Source of the DNA: Eledone cirrhosa
Lineage: Eukaryota
DNA length: 64,000 nt
Direction of reading: 5' to 3'
NCBI GenBank assembly: GCA_964016885.1
Contig: OZ024741.1
Coordinates: forward strand, 128,154,001-128,218,000
Below, piece by piece: positions 55,001-64,000 of this stretch (position 1 is its first letter; each line of letters starts with the position of its first letter). The position numbers were made by a program, and so were the translations under genes. The notes under the pieces are model-generated. The model had not been told where the DNA came from and did not search any database. It saw only the letters and a list, made by a program, of their open reading frames with translations.

Positions 55001-55882
55001 CATAATCGGAAAAAACTAAAAGCGATACTCCGGCCAAATTCCAACTCACTCAACAAACATTAGGAAATACCTGAGTATATTCCCAATTAAACGTTTGGGG
55101 TGCTAACTATATTGTATTGTGTGGATAATTGGCTGTATTATGTCATATGAGATATATCAAATATATCATTTCCCAGACGACTCGTTTCATTATAAGATTT
55201 CTACAAGTTGGGTGAAATTATACCAAGTTATGTAGAAGCTTGTATAAGATAAAAGAACAGTGAGCTGTACTGATGAAGGGTGCTGCCAGAAACATTAGTG
55301 TCTGCAGTTCTGTTTACATGCCAACACATGAGCAAGAATGAAGAATTCATTCTACTGACATGGCTATAAAAATGTGGCTTGTTTGCATAATTGCAAACGA
55401 ATCGAATGTTATTATTAATATTCGAAAAACTCGATTACATTTATTGTATTCAGCCATGTAGAGCGAAAATTTTCTTTTTTTTACTTTGAATGTGGCAAAG
55501 CCGGTCATTTATCGTTCGTATACATGAAACTGACCGGCCAGTCTGCTGATATGCAAATCTGGCTGATCAGTGGACCTGCTAATATGCAGATCTGACTGAT
55601 CGACCAGTCTGCTAATATGCAAATCAGGCCAATCAGTCACTATATTTTAGAAAATAGCATATATTTTCACTAGCTCTGACAGTTGGCAGGTGAACAGTGA
55701 GCTGTACTGATGATGGGTGATACCCAGAAACATTAGTGTCTGCAGTTCTGTTTACATGCCAACACTAGAGAGCAAAAATGAAGAGTTCATTCTACTGACA
55801 TGGCTATAAAAATGAGGCTTGTTTGCATAATAGCAAACGAATCGAATGTTATTATTAATATTCGAAAAACTCAGATTACATT

Positions 55883-55942
<60 letters not shown>

Positions 55943-56112
55943 CGAAGGAAATGTGGTAAGGAACCAGATGGACCATAACGCACCAAAGTACTCAATACTT
56001 AGGGTAGTAGAGTGGGTAATAGGAACGAGTAGGACCCCGACGGCTGAGCTCAAGCCGTTTCGACGGCTAATTCTGAAACGGCTTGAGCTCAGCCGTCGGG
56101 GTCCTACTCGTT

Positions 56113-56163
<51 letters not shown>

Positions 56164-56388
56164 ATATTCACACCCTTTTCCTGCCCACTTTTCTCCTGAC
56201 GAAGGGGTTGTGATCGAAATTCGCCTCCCCCCCCCACACACACACACACTCTCAAGCGTGAAACTGATATTAACACTTTGTACTGCCTCTTCACTTCTTC
56301 GTTGTTGTTTTTTTTGTTTTCTGTTTCTACTATTATATTCTACTATTATATTGCTGGCCTTGTGCCTAAAGTAGAAACAATTATATTT

Positions 56389-56485
<97 letters not shown>

Positions 56486-56572
56486 GTTGAAAGAGAAAAC
56501 AAAAAAACAACAACGAAGAAGTGAAGAGGCAGTACAAAGTGTTAATATCAGTTTCACGCTTGAGAGTGTTAA

Positions 56573-56623
<51 letters not shown>

Positions 56624-56666
56624 TTTAGTAAAAATATACATGTGTAAGAGCACTTAGTTCATAGGA

Positions 56667-56743
<77 letters not shown>

Positions 56744-56811
56744 CAAGGTTTAGCAAATAGAGAAAAAGTTTTAAAATAAACTTTAAAAATTTCGCTGTAC
56801 TTACTATATTT

Positions 56812-56895
56812 ACCCTTACCGCGCGGTTTCAAATCGAAAAATAAATGGATAATCCAGGCGGACTACAATTGAGAAGGAGACTCTCGTCAGAGGGC
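56812..56895 (-). ncRNA. Type I hammerhead-like motif
   Basis: GCCCU-CUGACGA-GAGUC...GAUUU-GAA-ACCGCGCGGU-A-AGGGU. Confidence 0.72.
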
Positions 56896-57485
56896 TCTTC
56901 TCGCTCGGAGAATATAAAATTCCCGAGTTCAAATCACAAACTGACGCCATACAAAACTGTTCCCAGATGAGAGTGAATGAGGAAGGGACCAATTCTGTCT
57001 AGTGCCGTGTGTAAAGACAGAAGGCAAGGGTGGACAGGTCAATGTCCTGCCACTAGAAATAGCAGCAGTTCAAACGACCAAAATGTTATCTCTACCTTGT
57101 GTCCAGGTGTAACCACTGTTAAATAGTTTTTTAAAGGTTTTCAATACATTGATTAGATTATAAGCATCTTTATTATATATAGAAATGACGTCTATAGTAC
57201 TAGAAAAGATGATTTCATACGAATGAAACAGTTCTAGTCAAGTAGAAGTTATTTTGATATATATATATGTAATAAACACACACAACACAGACATATATAT
57301 ATATATATATATATCATTTTTTATGATATAGTGTTAAAGAATAAAACGTAATGATAAAATAAAAAAGTATTTTTAAAACTGTGGTCCCCGAGGGTGTGTG
57401 GCCCTAAACTATAGTTTATTTAGCTTATAGGTAAGTCAAGAACTGAGTATAGGACAGGAGAAAAATGAAACAAAGAAAAAAAAAA

Positions 57486-57653
57486 CGTATTTCCCAGCGT
57501 CGAAGACCCTACTTTTTTCCCTAAAATAAGTCTAAAAAATTTACCATGGGTCCTGGAGGCCGAAGGTTGTTTATTATCTTTTTTTCAAATTTTTGGTTGT
57601 CAAAATTAGGGTGCGTTCCCGGGGACGAAGCGTCTTCGGCGCCGGGAAATACG
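57486..57653. mobile_element. Small MITE (Tc1/pogo-like)
   Basis: TIRs cgtatttcccagcgtcgaagac / gtcttcggcgccgggaaatacg. Confidence 0.6.
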
Positions 57654-58059
57654 GTGTGTTTCTTATCAAGACGTGAACTACATATCTGTGGCACAGTGGC
57701 ACAGTGACACAGTGGCATAGTTGCTTGGTCGCATGGCGGCATGGTGGCTGAGGGAATTACTGATAACGCCAAAAATTTCCTCACCTTTCTTTCTTTCAAA
57801 TTAAAGCTATATGACAGATTTTACATGGAAAACCAACGATATACGTTGAAACCCCGCTATGATCATCTTTACGTTTTATCCTCTCGGGGTTGATGAACTA
57901 AAGTAGCAGTTTAAGTACAGGGGATGATGTAATGAACTTTGGTCTTGCCCCAAATTTGCTGGCTAATATAGAAATCAACATTGCACTCTTTATAACGTTA
58001 ATCGCAAATAATTATTAAGTCACTTAATCGATGGATCACCAACGGTTTCGACAAGTGTT

Positions 58060-58325
58060 CAAGTTGTTCGATCAACAGAACAGCCTGCACATGAAATTAG
58101 CGTGTAAGTGGTTGAGTATTCCATAAACGCGTGTACAGATAGCGTAATTCCCAGGGAGATTTAGTATGTGCAAAGCTGGTGCTTTGAATTAAAAGTGTAG
58201 CCCAGCCGACAGGCTTCGATATAGTTTGAAAAATAAGTATAGGGGTTGATGTGATCGACCAACATTTATTCAATGCAGTGCCCCAGTATGGCCGCAGTCT
58301 AATGACTGAAACCAGTAAAAGAGCA
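58060..58325 (+). mobile_element. SINE 3' part with CR1-like tail
   Basis: Ends gtgccccagtatggccgcagtctaatgactgaaaccagtaaaagag. Confidence 0.55.
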
Positions 58326-58402
58326 AAAGTATATACATGCATAGATACAAATACACATGACTAGACACGCGACTGAACCCGTATATATGTATACACACAC
58401 TA

Positions 58403-58583
58403 ACATACCTACATGCACACGTATTATATCACATACCTACATGCACACGTATTATATCACATACCTACATGCACACGTATTATATCACATACCTACATGC
58501 ACACGTATTATATCACATACCTACATGCACACGTATTATATCACATACCTACATGCACACGTATTATATCACATACCTACATG
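58403..58583. repeat. 28-bp perfect minisatellite (~6.4 copies)
   Basis: Unit acatacctacatgcacacgtattatatc. Confidence 0.95.
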
Positions 58584-58688
58584 AATAAGTATATTTTGAT
58601 TAAATATCTATCTATCTGTCTAGTTGTCTCTATGTTAGTCTATCAATTTATACTTCTTTCTCATTCCATACACATATATACACACGCA

Positions 58689-58750
<62 letters not shown>

Positions 58751-58753
<3 letters not shown>

Positions 58754-58825
58754 GGTTTCCCCAAAATATGTATATACATATTTATTAGAATGCTGTTGAA
58801 GTCTATATACATTGGGGACACCCTG
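58751..58825. mobile_element. 75-bp Tc1/mariner-type MITE
   Basis: TA|cagggtttccccaa ... ttggggacaccctg|TA. Confidence 0.7.
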
Positions 58826-58827
58826 TA

Positions 58828-58915
<88 letters not shown>

Positions 58916-59200
58916 CTGCGTGTCACGTTTGCGCTCATGAAAGAAAATATGTCTAAAAGGTTTTTAGTTGTTTGTTGGAAGAAATACATTGGAAATAATT
59001 CCTCGTATATCCGAAGATTCTTAATATCGGTCATGGAATGACAAACAGACTGACAGCCTGACATACTGACAGACTGACACCCCTGAAGCTGCCTTAACTT
59101 ACTTCAAAGTGTTTTAGGTCAAAGAAAGTTCAAGACGTTAACTTCCCTCACTAACTCCCGCCTTCTTGTTCTTCTGATTTCCGTTTCTTTCCGTAACTAT

Positions 59201-59291
<91 letters not shown>

Positions 59292-59297
59292 ACACAA

Positions 59298-59355
<58 letters not shown>

Positions 59356-59366
59356 GAATACATATA

Positions 59367-59401
<35 letters not shown>

Positions 59402-59462
59402 GTATAAATATATTGTTATACTTTATATATATATGTATACATATATATGTATATATATATGT

Positions 59463-59496
<34 letters not shown>

Positions 59497-59630
59497 GTAC
59501 TTACATACATGCATACATATGTACTCCCATTTCTCTCTCTCTCTCACTCTCTCCCCACACCCCCACTTTATATTATATTATATACATATATTATATATAT
59601 ATACGAGTATATATATATATATATGAATAC

Positions 59631-59741
<111 letters not shown>

Positions 59742-60320
59742 TTCACGTATTCCCTCGTCTTCCTTCTTTCTCTCACTGTGTTTATCGGTTTCATATTGCA
59801 AAACATTTTTCTATTTTGCTTTTTAATACTCCTTTTCATTAACTCCGTTGATATAAACTTGACTAATGTTTGTTTTTTTTATTTGTAGTGCGTCTCAGAA
59901 TTATTTCATTTATTTTACATTTCTCTACTTCCACACCATTAACCGGTATACATTCCACATAGTGATTCTATCATCACTATTTCAAGTAAGTATGCTGAAA
60001 GTTATGCTTCACTGATGAGCTCAGATTAACACTGAAACATGTCTCACTGTCCCGCCCTACCACCATTATTTCACCCCTCCTCGCTATTCCATTATCACCT
60101 CGAATTAGCAGGAATCGAACCCTCATGTATGAATAGTTTTAAACATACTAAGAAAATGTGACGGGAACTTTTGTGTAATAGCAGCATTTCTGCCTGGCAA
60201 GCATGAAGACTTGGGTTCCAAAATGTCCACTTTTTCAGTTAAGGGGTCTATATGCCAATATGTTGATTTAAAACTTCACTATTCACAAGTTTTTTTTAAG
60301 CTTCATATCATGTATCTCTG

Positions 60321-60387
60321 TTTTATCTGATGAGAACGCAGATATCATCCCATGATGATATTTGTTTTTGAAATGCGCATAATAAAA
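60321..60387 (+). ncRNA. Type I hammerhead-like motif (family I-like architecture)
   Basis: UUUUAU/AUAAAA, CUGAUGA, 12-bp stem II GCAGAUAUCAUC/GAUGAUAUUUGU, GAAA, palindrome AUGCGCAU, AUA triplet. Confidence 0.75.
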
Positions 60388-60447
60388 TACTTGGAACTCT
60401 TTTAACCATCTTTTGATCTTATATATATATATATATATATATACATT

Positions 60448-60978
60448 AACAGAGAAAGCTTTAAGCGATACTCTGACCAACTCCATCTCACTCAACAAAC
60501 ATTAGGATATACCTAAGTATAATCCCAATTAAGTGTTTGGGGTGCTAACTATATAGTATTCCGTGGATAGCTGGTTGTATTATTTTATATGAGACATAAT
60601 TAAATAAATCTCTCTTTCTTTCCATACGATCGTTTCGTTATAAGATTTCTACAAGGCGAGATAAATAATGTCCAAGTTATGTAGAAACTTGTATATAATC
60701 CATAGATATACACACAAGTGGGCCCTTATAACTCATCAGTATCCACTGATGCTCAAGCAATATCAATATAAAAAACTACATCGATATTAATAATCAGTGA
60801 TGGTCTCAGTCAGTGCTAGAAGGACTGCTACGTTTGAGAGCCCAGTAGTCCCTCAAAAAGAAAATTCACACTGACCCCAAAAGGGAAGGGGAGGTCATCG
60901 TAAAATATAAAATAATATACACGCTGGTCATTGAAGCCTGTTAGGTATTTTACCACGTGTTTAAGAACTCAATTGGAT
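60448..60978 (-). mobile_element. Family H copy (hammerhead-like motif 60621-60739)
   Basis: Reverse complement of 25471-26000. Confidence 0.75.
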
Positions 60979-61183
60979 ATTAAAAAAATAATAAATATAT
61001 GTACACACCATCCATACACACATATAGGTATTTTCTCATATACATGCACATATATATAAAGAATGGTGTGCTCATGCGCAGAAGTGGTATAAAATAACTT
61101 ATAAAATAGTACGTAAAACCTTGAAAGCGGAAAATATGTGTATATATATATACACACACGCGCTCACGCACACATACACACAC

Positions 61184-61221
<38 letters not shown>

Positions 61222-61223
61222 AT

Positions 61224-61312
<89 letters not shown>

Positions 61313-61879
61313 ATCAATTTTATCGGCCGTACAGAGCTACTAAGCCATGACAAATCAGGAGAGGTATCTAATTCCTTTTATAATTAAAGATCAAAATCAA
61401 GAGGAGAGAGAGAAGGGGGGGGGGGTTATTGCAAAAGAAATGTATTTTAGGAAGGAGTTGAACAAATTTGAATTTGTTAGAGAGTGAGAAAGAAAAAAGA
61501 TATGGTACTTCACTGGATACGGTACTTGACTGGTCCTTTTTTATCGACCTTGAATGTATAAATGATAAATTTAACCTCGGTGGGATTTGAACACGGAGAG
61601 CAGAGAGCGTCACACATTCTATCGACGTTCTAATGAATTCCAATTCGCCGCGTTCAAGTTTGAGCGTATAAACCCTTAAAAACAGAAATAAAGTGTGCAA
61701 AGTCGCTTGTGGGTATCGAACTCATATTTTCTGTATGCCGGACGGCCATGTTATCATAACATCAAAGGATAGAACATTAGTATTACATATTTTGTCGTAT
61801 CCACATGTTAGAGAGTTCGATGGGAATTTAAGTCTGATATTGAACTACTTCGTTTTGTTTGTGTCCCTATTATGGCAGT

Positions 61880-62180
61880 GAATTTGGCGGAGTCGTTAAG
61901 GGCGGTGGATTAAATATTTCGGTTCACTGTGATCTGAGTTCAAATCCCACAGAGATCAACTTTGCCTTTCGCATCTTTCGATGTCAATAAATAAAGCACC
62001 AGTACTGTACTGAGATTGATTCTTTCTCTATATCTCGTTCTTTCTCACCTCTGGAAGAAATCGTGTGTGATAGAGCCTGGAGAGAGGATGGTCTTTGCTA
62101 GGAGCAAATTCTACAAGACGTATGTCCAACGTGGTCGTATGTCCAACGGCACCCCTACTACTCCGCCAGGAGTTACGGGC
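61880..62180 (+). mobile_element. Composite SINE (head plus LINE-like tail)
   Basis: gagttcaaatccc...aactttgccttt core, with a tail homologous to 16965-17110(-). Confidence 0.6.
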
Positions 62181-62792
62181 TTTTTCTTTTCCTTTTCACG
62201 ACTACATACACACACACGCGCACATACACTCACTCACGCACACATACACTCACATATATATAACGGAGGAATAATGAGGATATGTCTATATCGCGTATAC
62301 TTATGTACGTATGAGAGTGTTGCTGAGTGTAGAGTGGTTTTGGTATATGAAGTAAAGAGTACAGCATGAACCTGTGGGACAGGAAGGGTTTAGTGAATTA
62401 TCTCTCAATAGAATTCTCATTTCATTTCATCCATCCTACAAAATTTCTTCTGGCTTATGTTGTTGTGCGTGGTCCCTAACACCCCCATTCTCTCCACCCC
62501 TCTCTCTCTTTATACTGTACCGATTGTGTTGTTATTTATATTTACCTTTTACATACATACATATATATATATACATAATTTTAGTACAGCATTAACGAAG
62601 CTTTAGAACACGGCCAAGCTAACGAATGCAGAATCGGTCTGTGAAAAGAACCTCAGATGGGGAAAAGAACCCCCAGAGTAATAACATTACGTTCAGACAG
62701 CTTAGCAAATCAGATATAGCGGTCGGCAGTCCAGCCGCATCACTAGAGCAACGAAAATACAGGACCCAGGAAAAGATATATATGTGCGTGTG

Positions 62793-62841
<49 letters not shown>

Positions 62842-62906
62842 ACATATATTCATCTATCTATACACATACTCCTATATATATATACATATATATATATATA
62901 TAGGCA

Positions 62907-63330
62907 TGTGTGAGAGCGTGTGTCTGTGAGTGTGTGCGTCTGTGAGTGTGTGTGTGTCTGTGAGTGTGTGCCTGTGAGTGTGTGTGTCTGTGAGTGTGTG
63001 CGTCTGTGAGTGAGTGTATGTCTGTGAGTGAGTGTGTGTCTGTGAGTGTGTGGTCTGTGAGTGTGTGAGCGTGTGTGTCTGTGAGTGTGTGTGTCTGTGA
63101 GTGTGTGTTTGTGAGTGCGTCTGTGAGTGTGTGGTCTGTGAGTGTGTGTGTGTCTGTGAGTGTGTGTGTCTGTGAGTGTGTGTGTCTGTGAGTGTGTGTC
63201 TGTGAGCGTGTGTGTCTGTGAGTGTGTGTGTCTGTGTGTGTGTGTCTGTGAGTGTGTGTGTGTGTGTGTCTGTGAGTGTGTGTGCTTGCGAGTGTGTGTG
63301 TGTCCGTGAGTGTGTGCCTGTGTGTGTGTG
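62907..63330. repeat. (ctgtgagtgtgtgtgt)-type minisatellite
   Basis: Direct inspection. Confidence 0.9.
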
Positions 63331-63928
63331 TAGTTCTCTATTTCCCATTCGTCATTGGATGGCCGTGTTGTAAAGTTCACTTGTACTTGACGTAGTTGTG
63401 GAGTGGTGAAGAAGCGTGGAAAATTTGACCTGAGATGATGGTGGTGTTAGTGGTAGTGGGGTGGGCTATGTTGGTGGTGATGGTGGTGTCTCTGATGGTA
63501 AATAGATGGAAAGCAAGTCAGGTAGTTAGTCCGTTCTAATAGAAGTCTATTGACAGGGTCTATGTTAAGGGGGGGGGGGGTGGAGTCGGAAACTTTTACA
63601 AGGTTTCTCTCCCCTCGTCACTGTTTTGTAAGAAAGAAAGATAGAAAGAAAAGAAAATTAAAAGAAAGGTGACGTGACCCTATTTCTCTTTTCTGCCTGG
63701 TGTTGCTCTCTCCACTCTCCCCCGAGACACAGAAATACAAACCCAGTATGTAAATATATATGTACGTATGGACCCGTAATTCCTGCTGGCGTTGTAGAGG
63801 CACCGAGTGTGATACACAGCATTTCTTGGGCATTTTAAAACTGGCAGATTTCCTTTCTTTTACAAGTCTGGATACAGCCAATTTCTTCCGGAAAAGGAGA
63901 GAAAGAAGTGGAGGGGGAGAAAGAGGGT

Positions 63929-63983
<55 letters not shown>

Positions 63984-64000
63984 AAGAATCAACCCTAGTA

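Larger units (their letters stand above)
53551..56440. repeat. ~1446-bp near-identical tandem duplication (2 copies)
   Basis: 53551 repeats at 54997. The only visible differences are in TA tract length. Confidence 0.92.

Noticed and set aside
58403-58583. 28-bp repeats as a CRISPR array
   Set aside because: The repeats are head-to-tail with no spacers, the context is eukaryotic, and there are no cas genes.
60005-60050. ctgatga...gaaacatgtc as a hammerhead
   Set aside because: The core and palindromic stem III are present, but stems I and II do not pair convincingly. At most it is a decayed copy.
63790-63835. MPKKCCV (minus strand) as a THAP domain start
   Set aside because: It lacks the following Cys and the rest of the domain, and is too short.

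Overview
AT-rich, microsatellite-saturated animal (eukaryotic) non-coding DNA. The SINE families resemble those I associate with octopus/cephalopod genomes, but that is recall and was not searched. No host protein-coding gene is supportable, and almost all ORF-track entries are translations of (TA)n/(CA)n/(TATG)n/(GGT)n repeats. The real coding remnants are all retroelements: a near full-length but disabled RTE-clade LINE with C-terminal C2H2 fingers (~7960-12190), several RLE-type (R4/Dong-like) 3' fragments in (TATG)n tracts, CR1/L2-like fragments, and a Penelope-like GIY-YIG 3' end (~40860-41930). SINEs and MITEs are also present. The main observation is that the short unique-looking islands between (TA)n tracts carry about 30 type-I hammerhead-ribozyme-like motifs (stem I-CUGANGA-stem II-GAAA-often palindromic stem III-NUH), from more than 10 sequence families and with compensatory base changes between copies. 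They occur as head-to-head fold-backs or as partial tandem, retrozyme-like units (438 nt and 671 nt). All folds were done by eye and none has been tested for cleavage.
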